From NCBI GenBank assembly GCA_030149205.1, contig JASBSB010000004.1:150001-182000 (forward strand): a DNA stretch of 32,000 nt, given 5' to 3'. Below the pieces are notes generated by a model. The model was not told the DNA's origin. It saw nothing but the letters and a program-made list of their open reading frames with translations, and searched no databases. The DNA comes from Candidatus Heimdallarchaeota archaeon (GTDB lineage: Archaea; Asgardarchaeota; Heimdallarchaeia; Heimdallarchaeales; Kariarchaeaceae). Numbering within the stretch: position 1 is the stretch's first letter; every line of letters starts with the position of its first letter. The translations under genes were made by a program, and so were the position numbers. This document shows, one piece after another, positions 16,427-26,315 of the stretch.

Positions 16427-17323
16427 GTGAATATTTTTGTTTTTGCTGTGGTTCTTGCTTTGGTTGCTATGTTAGCTTGGGGAATCAATTCATTTATTTT
16501 GAAACGTGGGGTAAGAAATATTCATCCACTTCAGGCAATTGTGTATAGAAGTCTTGTTGCTACACCTATTTTACTTTTATTATCTTACGTACTTTTCGCA
16601 AAAGATTCAATATTTGTCTATTTCAAACCTGATTTAATACTGTGGTTTACCTTAGGATCATCTTTTTTCATAGTTATAGGAGATTCTCTCTTTTTCCTTG
16701 CCTTAAAGAAATACCCTGTGACATTAATCTTACCGATTGCTTCAATTTATCCCTTAATAACAACGATAATACTAATATCAACCAAAACCGAAACGATTCA
16801 TATTACCACGGTTGTTGGTACGATTGTAGTTATACTAGGCGTCAGTCTTGTAACAGGAGGATCGAAGATTCTTCCGATTCCTAAGGCTGCAATTCTTTAT
16901 GGGCTTTCAATTGCTTTTTTTTGGGGATCTTCAATTTTTATGGTGAGATCAGTATTGCTTTATCAGGGAACTAACGCTTTTTCCATTACAGCTATCAGAA
17001 GTGTATTTATGATGGTAATTTCAATAGTTGTGTTAGGTTTTATCGCAATAAGAAGTGGTCAAGCTCCAACACCAAATTGGACTGAACATCGTGAAGCAAT
17101 GAAATTTATGGGAATCAGTGGTATTCTTGGATGGGTGGTGGGAGCTTCATCGTTTTTCTTTGCAGTTCAGTTGATAGGTGCTGCCATCCCCACTCCAATA
17201 ACTAGTGCCAATCCGGTGATCGCAGGTCTTTTGGGGTATTTTACAGGAATTGAAGATATAGGGCTTTATCAATTGTTAGGAATATTAGTTACGGTTATTG
17301 GAACTATAATTATAATATATTAA
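16427..17323 (+). CDS. DMT/EamA family transporter
   Basis: 10 TMs in two EamA repeats (AMLAWG...GDSLFFLALK...PIASIYPLIT; IAFFWG...ASSFFFAVQLIG...PITSANPVIA). Confidence 0.92.
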   Translation: MNIFVFAVVLALVAMLAWGINSFILKRGVRNIHPLQAIVYRSLVATPILLLLSYVLFAKDSIFVYFKPDLILWFTLGSSFFIVIGDSLFFLALKKYPVTLILPIASIYPLITTIILISTKTETIHITTVVGTIVVILGVSLVTGGSKILPIPKAAILYGLSIAFFWGSSIFMVRSVLLYQGTNAFSITAIRSVFMMVISIVVLGFIAIRSGQAPTPNWTEHREAMKFMGISGILGWVVGASSFFFAVQLIGAAIPTPITSANPVIAGLLGYFTGIEDIGLYQLLGILVTVIGTIIIIY

Positions 17324-17372
17324 ATTAGTATTAATAATTGAATTAGATTTATAATCTGACAGATGATAATTG

Positions 17373-19340
17373 TTATGCTAATAATTTTTCTATGATAGTT
17401 TCCATGTTTTTGACAACTTTGTTGAGGTCTGTAACCTCTCCTTCACTCATAACAGCGTTCTCATAGAGTTGATCAATGATAGTTGAGGTAATGTCTTCGT
17501 TTAACTTTTTCTCAAGACCCTTAATAATTGGATGCTCTGGATTGATCTGTAAAATTCTTCCTTCTAGAACATCACTTCCAAATCCACCACCAACGTTATT
17601 GGCGCTCATATATTTCATAGCCCGTTGAAAGTCAGAACCAAGACCTCCTTTCGGTGTTACCAATCTTACTGGACTCGAAACGAGCCTTTGAGAGATTTTG
17701 ACATCCTTGACCTTGTCACCTAATTTTTCTTTAAATGTTTTGATTAAGTCAGCATGAGGGCCAGTTTCTTCCTCTTCGTTATCCTCCTTATCTTCCTTCT
17801 CATCTTCAGAACCTGTATCAGTTTTTGATTCAGTCTCATCTTGGTCAATTAAGAAGAATTTCTTTTCCTCATATTCTCTTACGTTTATCATCAGGAAATT
17901 GTCAATTGGTTCTGCTAGCAAGAGAACCTCGAACCCCTCTTTCTCATAGTATTCAAGATGAGGTGACCTTTTTAGTAGCTCGATATCATTACCAACCAAA
18001 TAGTAGATTTCCTCTTGATTGGGTTTCATTCTCGTGATATAATCATCAAGGCTTACAGATCCTGTTCTTCCATCAACATGATCATAAGTTGAATAAAACC
18101 TAAGAAGGCGGATTAATTTATCCTTATTCTTGTCATTTTGGGTAACTCCTTCTTTTAAGAACACACCGTATTCTCTGTAAAATTTGAGATATTTCTCATG
18201 GTCGTCAGAGGCTAATTTTTCTAATTCCTCAATAACTTTTTTCTGAATATATTTTTTCATTGTTTGAATAACTCTGTTATTCTGAACTACTTCTCTAGAA
18301 ACATTTAGGGGAAGGTCTTCACTATCAACCACTCCGACAATGAATCTTAGGTATTCAGGCAATAAGTCCTTATTGTGTTCCTGGATGAGTATCTTTTTAG
18401 AATACAGTCTTAACCCCCATTCAACGTCAGGCATGTAAAATGAAGCAGATTTTGTTGAAGGGATGAACAAAACCGAATAAAATTCGATAGGTGACTCGGT
18501 TTTAATGTGAATTGTAACGAATGGTTCATCGTATTTATTTGTGGTATTTCTGTAGAATTCTAAGTATTGTTCTTGTGTGATAGTTGAGGGATCCTGTCTC
18601 CATAGCGCCTGTTGAGAATTTAATATTTCTGGACCCTTGTCCTCTTTCTCTTCACTTCCCTCTACTTTCTCTTCATCGGTTTCCTTCTCCTCAGTTTCTT
18701 CCTCTTTCTTAATCTCAATCAATCTGATCGGAAAAGTAACAAAGTCACTGTATTTTTTGACGAGGGATTTCAATCTGTGAGATTCAAAATACTCTAAATC
18801 ATCTTCCTTTAAATGTAAAATTATCTCAGTACCACGTTCATCTTTCTGGGTTTCTTCAATGTCATAACCGGTTTCTCCATCTGAGGTCCAATGATATGCT
18901 TTTGCATTAGGTGAAAATGATCTTGTTTTAATCTCTACTTTATCACTAACCAAAAAAGCAGAATAAAAGCCAACCCCAAATTGACCAATTAGTTCATTTT
19001 TATCTGGAGAGTCCTCGATTTTTTCTAAAAATTCTAACGTACCACTATGAGCAATAGTTCCTAAATTTTCGATCAGCTCTCCTTTGTTCATCCCAACTCC
19101 TGTGTCTTTAATCGTGAGTGTTTTTTCATCTTTGTTAGGAATTAAATCAATCACTAATTCCAAATCTTTCTGGAAGACCTTCTCACTTGTTAATGTTTTT
19201 ATTCGAACTTTATTCAAAGCGTCTGACGCGTTGGAAATCAGTTCCCTAAGAAATACTTCCTTGTGTTGATATAAAGATCTAATGATGATATCTAAGACCT
19301 TTTTGACATCAGTTTTGAATTCAAGTTTTTGCGTACTCAT
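17373..19340 (-). CDS. htpG: Molecular chaperone HtpG (Hsp90)
   Basis: YQHKEVFLRELISNASDA, IKDTGVGM, NLGTIAHSGT, IGQFGVGFYSAF, GVVDSEDLPLNVSRE, LQINPEHP. Confidence 0.98.
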   Translation of the reverse strand: MSTQKLEFKTDVKKVLDIIIRSLYQHKEVFLRELISNASDALNKVRIKTLTSEKVFQKDLELVIDLIPNKDEKTLTIKDTGVGMNKGELIENLGTIAHSGTLEFLEKIEDSPDKNELIGQFGVGFYSAFLVSDKVEIKTRSFSPNAKAYHWTSDGETGYDIEETQKDERGTEIILHLKEDDLEYFESHRLKSLVKKYSDFVTFPIRLIEIKKEEETEEKETDEEKVEGSEEKEDKGPEILNSQQALWRQDPSTITQEQYLEFYRNTTNKYDEPFVTIHIKTESPIEFYSVLFIPSTKSASFYMPDVEWGLRLYSKKILIQEHNKDLLPEYLRFIVGVVDSEDLPLNVSREVVQNNRVIQTMKKYIQKKVIEELEKLASDDHEKYLKFYREYGVFLKEGVTQNDKNKDKLIRLLRFYSTYDHVDGRTGSVSLDDYITRMKPNQEEIYYLVGNDIELLKRSPHLEYYEKEGFEVLLLAEPIDNFLMINVREYEEKKFFLIDQDETESKTDTGSEDEKEDKEDNEEEETGPHADLIKTFKEKLGDKVKDVKISQRLVSSPVRLVTPKGGLGSDFQRAMKYMSANNVGGGFGSDVLEGRILQINPEHPIIKGLEKKLNEDITSTIIDQLYENAVMSEGEVTDLNKVVKNMETIIEKLLA

Positions 19341-19361
19341 ATAAGTAAAATGCGACTATAA

Positions 19362-19369
19362 TATTTATA
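19362..19369 (-). promoter_or_regulatory. Putative TATA box of htpG
   Basis: TATAAATA on the minus strand, 22-29 nt upstream of the ATG, consistent with a leaderless or short-leader archaeal transcript. Confidence 0.4.
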
Positions 19370-19527
19370 ATAACTATGTTATATTACAATACCCTGCGTT
19401 CTTAGTGTAAATTAGGATTTTTTTGTCAACCTAATAGCGATAATTAATACAAAGAGGTGATAGAACTTTTATTTTAGATTTAGTCTTTAAGAATAAATAT
19501 TTATCTGAGCTAAATTACATTCATTTA

Positions 19528-20790
19528 ATGGTCTATAACAATTTAATGTTAGACTTCCCTCTATTGATTTTGGGATTATTGTTAGTAGCAGCTTATCTGC
19601 TTGCTATGCTATTTGAAAAATTCAATTTACCACATATATTATCATATCTAACGATTGGGTTTATTGGGGGAAATTTTGTATTTACAAATATTATAAGAGA
19701 CGTAAAGGTTCAAAGTGAGATCTCGCACTTATTTGAAGTTTTTGAAATCCTTGCATTAGGATTAATCGGGTTTCAAATTGGGACAGAACTCCACATCAAA
19801 GACTTCTTTAAAAATCCTAAGGAACTATCTATTTTGGTGCTAAGTAATGTCATAGGGACATTTCTTATAGTTTTTGTGATAATTTTTCCCTTTGTCCCAA
19901 ATATTGCGGTAGCAATTCTACTGGCAGCGTTAACTACTTCAACAGCTCCTGCTGCTGTGGTTGAAATCATACGAAAACTAAGAGCAAAGGGACCAGTGAG
20001 TGAAAAAATTCAATGGATATTAGCATTTGACGATGTTGTTGCGGTAATTTTTGTTGAAATTATTCTGGTTTTTTCAATTATTGCATTCGGTGGAAATATA
20101 ACTTTTGGTGAAATCGTTTTTCAGCTCTTTAAAGAACTCGGGTATGCAATTATAATAGGGATCGTCATTGGTCTTACATTGAATTATATTTTGAGTAACT
20201 TGGAGAATAAAATAACAAAAATGGAGATTACAATTGGTTTCACCATATTGGCAATAGGCTTATGTGAATACTTAGGATCCTCAGCAATCACAGCCACCAT
20301 GTTTTTAGGTGCAACAGTGATTAATGTTGGACAGGATGATTTTGAGGGTGTTCAGGATGTCATAGACATTGTGGTTAGTCCTATAATTGCTATATTTTTC
20401 ATTATCATTGGTTTGAAAACAGATATTGGGTTTTTCAACCCGTTTCCAATTTTTGCAATCACTTATTTTGGTGCAAGAGCAATTGGAAAATTTTTCAGTG
20501 TTTATTTTGCTGGACAGGCTATGAAATACAGCGAACCTCAAAAAAGCAGTCTTGGTCTTGGATTGCTCCCCCAAGGAGGAGTGGTATTAGGACTTGCAGC
20601 AGTTGCTAGTGAAAAGTTGATTAAGATCGGGGAAAGTTCTTTTGCAACTTTTGTTTTAACTAGTGTTATAATTTCTACTATTCTGTCTGAATTTATTGGA
20701 GCCATTTCTACTGATTTCGCAATAAAAAGAGCAGGAGAGGAGGGGAAAGCTGGAAACGCTAACACAGAAAATATCACGCACCATCAATAA
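19528..20790 (+). CDS. Cation:proton antiporter (Na+/H+ exchanger, CPA family)
   Basis: 12-13 TMs; IGFQIGTEL, TTSTAPAAV, AFDDVVAV, FFIIIG, GLGLLPQGGV. Confidence 0.9.
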   Translation: MVYNNLMLDFPLLILGLLLVAAYLLAMLFEKFNLPHILSYLTIGFIGGNFVFTNIIRDVKVQSEISHLFEVFEILALGLIGFQIGTELHIKDFFKNPKELSILVLSNVIGTFLIVFVIIFPFVPNIAVAILLAALTTSTAPAAVVEIIRKLRAKGPVSEKIQWILAFDDVVAVIFVEIILVFSIIAFGGNITFGEIVFQLFKELGYAIIIGIVIGLTLNYILSNLENKITKMEITIGFTILAIGLCEYLGSSAITATMFLGATVINVGQDDFEGVQDVIDIVVSPIIAIFFIIIGLKTDIGFFNPFPIFAITYFGARAIGKFFSVYFAGQAMKYSEPQKSSLGLGLLPQGGVVLGLAAVASEKLIKIGESSFATFVLTSVIISTILSEFIGAISTDFAIKRAGEEGKAGNANTENITHHQ

Positions 20791-20850
20791 AAGCTAAATT
20801 TATGTGTTATTATACAAAAGATAAAAGCTCGATTAAGTTCAAATTAGTTA

Positions 20851-21789
20851 TTGGATTCATTAAGTAACATTCAACTGTATTTTAAGAGAGAAATAAATGA
20901 TATCATAGAAAATAAAAACAGCAAAATCAAAGTAGTTGAAACTATAACCCTTTCATTACTTTCAAGTTTACTTTTACTCAAAATTCAACCAAATGTGTTC
21001 TTATATGGGATGACTTTCCTCGGTATATTTCTTATTAGCAACAAATTTTATGATGAGGTTAAACTTTGGTTTCCTTTGCTCTTATTTGTATTACTGTATA
21101 ATCTAACTGGCCTTCTTCCGATTCATTTAAGTCCAGGCTTCAAGATATTTTTTGACTTTGACCAAAGCTTTAGTTACCTAATATTAGGAAAGAACACTCC
21201 CTTATCTTTTTATCTTTTTAAACATCATATTCCTATTTTTGATGTACTGTTTGGCACAACCTATATTTTACAATCAATAATTCCTATTTTGATTATCCTT
21301 TACGTTAGAAAATTTCATTCTAAGTCTTTTTATCGATTGAGCCTGGCAGGAGGGATTGTGGGAATTGTATCGATTCTTCTCTCTACATTCTTTCCAACAT
21401 TTCCTCCATGGTATATCTATTACTATGGAACTGACAATCAAATACCTGTACACCTCAATCCAGAGTTTGCAGCTGGTGGATTGATCTACCTTGATCGAAT
21501 ATTTGCGACCAATATTTTTTCTCAACTAATGTGGAATCTCAGTTCTTCAAAATTTTCTGCATTTCCAAGTTTACATGTTGGAACTAGCACTTTTCTATAT
21601 TTCCATTTTAAATTTAATTCAATTAAAGGTAGAAATATATTATTGATTTATCTCCTTCTTACTTGTTTATCTGTCTCTTATTTATTACATCATTGGTTAT
21701 TAGATTCAATTACTGGACTGATAATAGGTGCGAGTACATCGTTTCTAACAAATAAAAAATTTATAGATAATTTCCCAAATAAAATTTGA
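20851..21789 (+). CDS. PAP2-superfamily membrane enzyme, AUR1/IPT1 (inositol phosphorylceramide synthase)-like
   Basis: FPTFPPWY, SAFPSLHVG and HHWLLD with the intact H/H/D triad; about 8 TMs. Confidence 0.8.
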   Translation: MDSLSNIQLYFKREINDIIENKNSKIKVVETITLSLLSSLLLLKIQPNVFLYGMTFLGIFLISNKFYDEVKLWFPLLLFVLLYNLTGLLPIHLSPGFKIFFDFDQSFSYLILGKNTPLSFYLFKHHIPIFDVLFGTTYILQSIIPILIILYVRKFHSKSFYRLSLAGGIVGIVSILLSTFFPTFPPWYIYYYGTDNQIPVHLNPEFAAGGLIYLDRIFATNIFSQLMWNLSSSKFSAFPSLHVGTSTFLYFHFKFNSIKGRNILLIYLLLTCLSVSYLLHHWLLDSITGLIIGASTSFLTNKKFIDNFPNKI

Positions 21790-21928
21790 ACTTAACTTAA
21801 CTTTAAAGTAAAAATAACCAAAATTGCTGATAGAATTGGTATTTAGGAATCATAGTTTTGAGCCTTAAACACATTCTTTTAATATTATAGTAAAAATTTT
21901 TTTTCGAGAAACTGTCTATTTTATTGAC

Positions 21929-21934
21929 AGGTGA
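21929..21934 (+). promoter_or_regulatory. Shine-Dalgarno AGGTGA
   Basis: 6 nt upstream of ATG 21941. Confidence 0.6.
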
Positions 21935-21940
21935 TTTACA

Positions 21941-23743
21941 ATGGAATTAAAACCTGATGAAATTAGTTTTAGAATCTCTGGACAGAATGGTGATGGTATC
22001 TTCTCCGCTGGAGACGTTTTTGCCAAAATTTGTAGTAGGTCTGGTTTGAATGTACATGGTTACCGATCCTATCAATCTGTAATAAGAGGAGGTCATGTTA
22101 ACTACAGTGTCAGAGCTGCTAACTGGGATGCGAAGGCACCAGCAGACCATATTGATGTTCTAATCTCAATTAGAGGATCTGGATTTGAAGTTGATGCCCC
22201 ACATATGTCCCCCTATGGCATTATCCTATATGATAGTAAGGGTTTTCGAATAAAACCTGATGAAATTAAGGTTAAAGAGGGTGTAAAAGCTATTGATATG
22301 CCTGCGCTTGAACTGGCTTCTCAGTATTCAAATCTGAAAATTGTAGCCAACACAGTATTTATGGGTGCGGTTGTGTATCTGTTTGACCTTGACCTTAAAG
22401 TTTTCGAGAACATTCTTGCAGAAAATTTCTCAAAGAAAGGAAAAGAGGTAATCGATTTAAATGTGGATTCTGCCAGGGCTGGTTATAATTGGGCTAAGGA
22501 AAACGTTCCACAAATTGATCATGATGTAAAAATTGATACAACTAAACCACCAAAGATGATTATTGGAGGAAATGAATCAATAGCTTATGGGATGGTGAAT
22601 GGAGGGCTACAATATTTTGCTTGGTACCCCATGACTCCAGCAAGCCCAATCGGACAATTCCTTACGAGTTATGGTGTTAAAGCTGGTGTGGCTGTAAAAC
22701 AGATGGAAGATGAAATAAACGTCTCAAATAATGTTGTTGGAGCTGCTGTTGCTGGTGCAAGAGCTGCTTGCGCAACATCTGGAGGTGGCTTTGCATTAAT
22801 GACTGAAGCAATTGGATATGCATCCATGGTTGAAGCACCAGCAGTCTTTATTGAGGTTGCTCGTGGTGGACCATCAACTGGTCTTCCAACAAAACAGGAG
22901 CAAGGAGATCTACATCAATTAATAGGCGCATCACAAGGAGATTTCCCAAGAGCGATAATTGCTCAAACAAGCGTAGAAGATGGGTTTTATCTGGGCCAAG
23001 AAGCTCTAAACATCGCAGAAAAGTACCAGATGCCAGTGCTAATAGCCTCTGATTTATACCTTGGTGAACATTTTGAGACAGTCAACGAGTTCGATTATGA
23101 GAGAATACCAATAGAAAGAGGGAAACTTATTCTAGATGAGGTTCCAGAGGAGCAAAGACCCTATAAGAGGTATTTAGTTACTGATGATGGTGTTTCACCA
23201 AGGACTATTCCTGGAGTGAAATTTGGCAGGTATGATGCTGGGTCAGATGAACACGATGAATTTTCAAGACTTGTCTCTGATGTTCGAGCGGGATTTCCAG
23301 AAGCAATAGAAGTGAGACTTCAACAAATGAAGAAAAGGATGACAAAAATGGATGTCCTACTAAAAGAGCTACCTGCACCTGTGGTTGAAGGTCATTCGAT
23401 TGATGATTCTGACCTATTGATAGTTTCATGGGGTAGTCAATTAGATATCGTAAGAGAGGCTAGAGCGCACCTTGAAAAAACTAACAACATCAGAACTTCA
23501 CATCTTCATATCAAATATATTCTTCCCTTCCATTCTAAAGAGGTTGGAGAAATATTGAGATCTTTTGAGCAGAAAGGTGTAAACATAATGATGTATGAAG
23601 GCAATTATACTGGTCAAATGGCTCGACACATCAGAGCAGAAACTGGTTTTGAAATTAAACATAAGTATCTGAGATATGATGGTGAAACTGTTTTACCAAT
23701 AGAAATTGTAAAATATGTCAAAGATACATTTGGAGGAAACTAA
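21941..23743 (+). CDS. korA: 2-oxoacid:ferredoxin oxidoreductase subunit alpha (gamma-alpha fusion)
   Basis: SGQNGDGIFSAG, SVIRGGH, GGNESIA, YPMTPAS, QMEDEI, ATSGGGFALM, RGGPSTGLPTKQEQGD. Substrate specificity cannot be read from the sequence. Confidence 0.92.
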   Translation: MELKPDEISFRISGQNGDGIFSAGDVFAKICSRSGLNVHGYRSYQSVIRGGHVNYSVRAANWDAKAPADHIDVLISIRGSGFEVDAPHMSPYGIILYDSKGFRIKPDEIKVKEGVKAIDMPALELASQYSNLKIVANTVFMGAVVYLFDLDLKVFENILAENFSKKGKEVIDLNVDSARAGYNWAKENVPQIDHDVKIDTTKPPKMIIGGNESIAYGMVNGGLQYFAWYPMTPASPIGQFLTSYGVKAGVAVKQMEDEINVSNNVVGAAVAGARAACATSGGGFALMTEAIGYASMVEAPAVFIEVARGGPSTGLPTKQEQGDLHQLIGASQGDFPRAIIAQTSVEDGFYLGQEALNIAEKYQMPVLIASDLYLGEHFETVNEFDYERIPIERGKLILDEVPEEQRPYKRYLVTDDGVSPRTIPGVKFGRYDAGSDEHDEFSRLVSDVRAGFPEAIEVRLQQMKKRMTKMDVLLKELPAPVVEGHSIDDSDLLIVSWGSQLDIVREARAHLEKTNNIRTSHLHIKYILPFHSKEVGEILRSFEQKGVNIMMYEGNYTGQMARHIRAETGFEIKHKYLRYDGETVLPIEIVKYVKDTFGGN

Positions 23744-23744
23744 A

Positions 23745-24644
23745 ATGTCAGTAACACAGAAAGTAGATTTAAAATTTTCACTTAGTGATTGGAAAGATAA
23801 TGTAGCCAAGCCTACATGGTGTCCTGGTTGTGGGGATTATGGAGTTCTATCAGCAACAAGAAAAGCTTTGGTAAGCTTACAAATAAATCCTGAGGATACA
23901 ATGGTTGTTTCGGGTATAGGTTGTTCCTCTAACTTCCCCCATTTCATTGGGTCTTATGGAATACATTCCTTACATGGAAGAGCAGCTCCAAATGCAATTG
24001 GTGTTAAACTTGCAAATCCAGATCTTACAGTAATAGCTGCTGGAGGTGATGGCGACGGATTCGGGATTGGGCTAGGAGGTTTTCTCCATGCTGCTAGGAG
24101 AAACTTTGATATTACTTATATTGTTATGGACAACCAAATTTATGGGTTAACCACTGGACAAGCATCTCCTACATCTCTCATTGGACAAAAGACCAAAAGT
24201 ACACCATATGGGAACATTGAACATCCAATTAACCCCCTAGCTTCTGCTTTGGCAGCTGGAGCTACCTTTGTAGCAAGGGCATTTTCTGGAGATGGTAAAG
24301 AATTTGCAGAAATCATGGAAAAAGCAATTGCACATAAAGGATTTTCATTTGTAGACGCTTTGAGTCCATGTGTAACCTTTAACAAATTAAATACCTTTGA
24401 TTATTTTAGAGAACGGATTTACAAACTTGAAGACGAAGATCATGATCCATCAAATATTATGAAGGCATATGAAAGGACCTATGATTGGGATCATAATGAC
24501 CGAGTGCCAACAGGTATTTTCTATGAGATATCTAGACCAACCTATGAAGAAATGGATGTAACATTGAAAGAATTTGGTAATCCCGTTAAACGTGGAGCCA
24601 TTAGACCCAAAAATATAAAGGATATAGCGTCCCATTTATACTAA
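23745..24644 (+). CDS. korB: 2-oxoacid:ferredoxin oxidoreductase subunit beta (TPP-binding)
   Basis: PTWCPGCGD, SGIGCSS, LHGRA, GGDGDG...DNQIYGLTTGQASPT, SPCVTFN. ATG 23745 follows GGAGG (23732-23736). Confidence 0.92.
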   Translation: MSVTQKVDLKFSLSDWKDNVAKPTWCPGCGDYGVLSATRKALVSLQINPEDTMVVSGIGCSSNFPHFIGSYGIHSLHGRAAPNAIGVKLANPDLTVIAAGGDGDGFGIGLGGFLHAARRNFDITYIVMDNQIYGLTTGQASPTSLIGQKTKSTPYGNIEHPINPLASALAAGATFVARAFSGDGKEFAEIMEKAIAHKGFSFVDALSPCVTFNKLNTFDYFRERIYKLEDEDHDPSNIMKAYERTYDWDHNDRVPTGIFYEISRPTYEEMDVTLKEFGNPVKRGAIRPKNIKDIASHLY

Positions 24645-24731
24645 ATTAAAGCAAAATTGAATGAATCTTAAGAAATTTTAATTATCAATTTAAACCTAGA
24701 CTGGATTAATCAACCAAGCCAGTTCAAATAA

Positions 24732-26315
24732 TTAAGAAACTGTTAATACCATAGATTTTCCAATAATTTCAATTCTTTGTAAATCAGTTTCTTTCGAATT
24801 AAAATCTGGATCCCAAATTAACTTATCTGATATTTGAATGAATGATTTGTTATCGTCTGATAGAGGCTTTTCTGATTTTTGGCTCCACCATTGCAAAAGT
24901 GTGTCGAAATTTGGCACTATTACCACCTCTTTTTCATCAAACATTGAATTGTATCTTGAGATCAGTTCAAAGTAATGTCGAGCGATAAGTAATGAGATTT
25001 CACCAGCCTTGTTTACTAAAGATTTCTTATCCAGGTAAACAACATTGTCTTCCTGAGGAATTTCAGCTTGTAAAATCTGTTCATACTGTATTTCTTTCTT
25101 TTTCTCCAATTTTCTCATCATGTAGTATGTGTAGAATTGCGGGACCGGTAAAGCATTGAATAGGTGGTCTTGAGTGTCTATTTTATACTTTTTAAGAACA
25201 TAATTAAATTGGAGGGGAGCTACGACGAACAAGGCCATAGGGATTAAAAATAATATTTGTATTAACACAAAGGCAAATCCACCATCTTGTCCTGTTCTAA
25301 AGACAAAAATAAGAGATGTAAAGAATAATGTTCCAATATATGCACCTATAAACCAAAGAAGAGATTCCTCATGAATAAAGCCTGCAAGTAATCCCCCAAC
25401 AAATAAACCAGAGTAAAAAAACAAAATACTCTGAATTGTCGATCCTGCTAGAAAAGTGACAGAAAGAAAAAGTATCACAGGTAAAGATGCGAGAAAGGCT
25501 GACTGAACGGCAAAGAACATTGGTTCATATTTTCGTTCCAAATAAGTCCCTGATACACGGTAGCTGGGGATATTCTTTGCATATTCTGCTCTTAACTTAA
25601 TGGCTTTGTATCCAACAATCAATCCAAGAATTGTCCCAGATATAGCTCCAAATCCTATTTGTAGTGCTAGAAGGAAATCTGCTTCTTTGATCCCATATAC
25701 AGAAACAACCTCTGATATCACCTTTGAAGGAAGGGAATTTACAAAGAAAAATAACATTGCTAATATCCAGATATGGAAGAAACCAGTTTGACTAACCTTG
25801 AGTTGTAATAATGGTATTGGTGTGTCTCTAGGTTCCCAAATCGCATCTTTGCTGAATAGAGCAAATCTTTGTTTAAGGTTCCCTAATCTAATCCTATTAA
25901 CCAAAAATGTTCCTACTGCGAATAGTGTGGGGATAAACACTAATATTACAATTCCTTCGACACCAATAGTAAAATTCCCAAGAAAGAGTTTTAACAGATT
26001 TATTCCAAATATTCCTCCACCTGAAATCAATTGAGTTAAACCAAACGAATTTATTGTCAACAATAAAGCAGTAAGCATAAAAGGAATAAATACAAGGCTT
26101 AATCTCCAATTATTAATTTGATAAAATGAGATAGCTGTACCCCTTGATGTCTCTGCTACTCGACATTGGATTTCATTTGGTCCCATTGATTTCACACCAG
26201 ATATATAAGCTCTGGAGGACTGGATATTACTTGATGTTCTAAGTCCAAATCTTTGAAAATAGTTTTCTATTTTGTTTGTTACTCGTCTAATTTGAATGCT
26301 AGGTGCTTCACTCAT
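24732..26315 (-). CDS. Polytopic membrane protein (about 10-11 TMs) with soluble N- and C-terminal domains
   Basis: Hydrophobic core; ATGA overlap with the upstream gene; GGAGG at 26325-26329; last gene of the MoxR operon. Confidence 0.8.
   Translation of the reverse strand: MSEAPSIQIRRVTNKIENYFQRFGLRTSSNIQSSRAYISGVKSMGPNEIQCRVAETSRGTAISFYQINNWRLSLVFIPFMLTALLLTINSFGLTQLISGGGIFGINLLKLFLGNFTIGVEGIVILVFIPTLFAVGTFLVNRIRLGNLKQRFALFSKDAIWEPRDTPIPLLQLKVSQTGFFHIWILAMLFFFVNSLPSKVISEVVSVYGIKEADFLLALQIGFGAISGTILGLIVGYKAIKLRAEYAKNIPSYRVSGTYLERKYEPMFFAVQSAFLASLPVILFLSVTFLAGSTIQSILFFYSGLFVGGLLAGFIHEESLLWFIGAYIGTLFFTSLIFVFRTGQDGGFAFVLIQILFLIPMALFVVAPLQFNYVLKKYKIDTQDHLFNALPVPQFYTYYMMRKLEKKKEIQYEQILQAEIPQEDNVVYLDKKSLVNKAGEISLLIARHYFELISRYNSMFDEKEVVIVPNFDTLLQWWSQKSEKPLSDDNKSFIQISDKLIWDPDFNSKETDLQRIEIIGKSMVLTVS

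Noticed and set aside
19341-19527. Heat-shock operator upstream of htpG (ATTAGG-N13-CCTAAT at 19411-19435) and an unused GAGGTGA at 19454-19460
   Set aside because: It does not match CIRCE or any operator I know; a 6-bp repeat is expected by chance; no suitable start codon follows the SD-like word.
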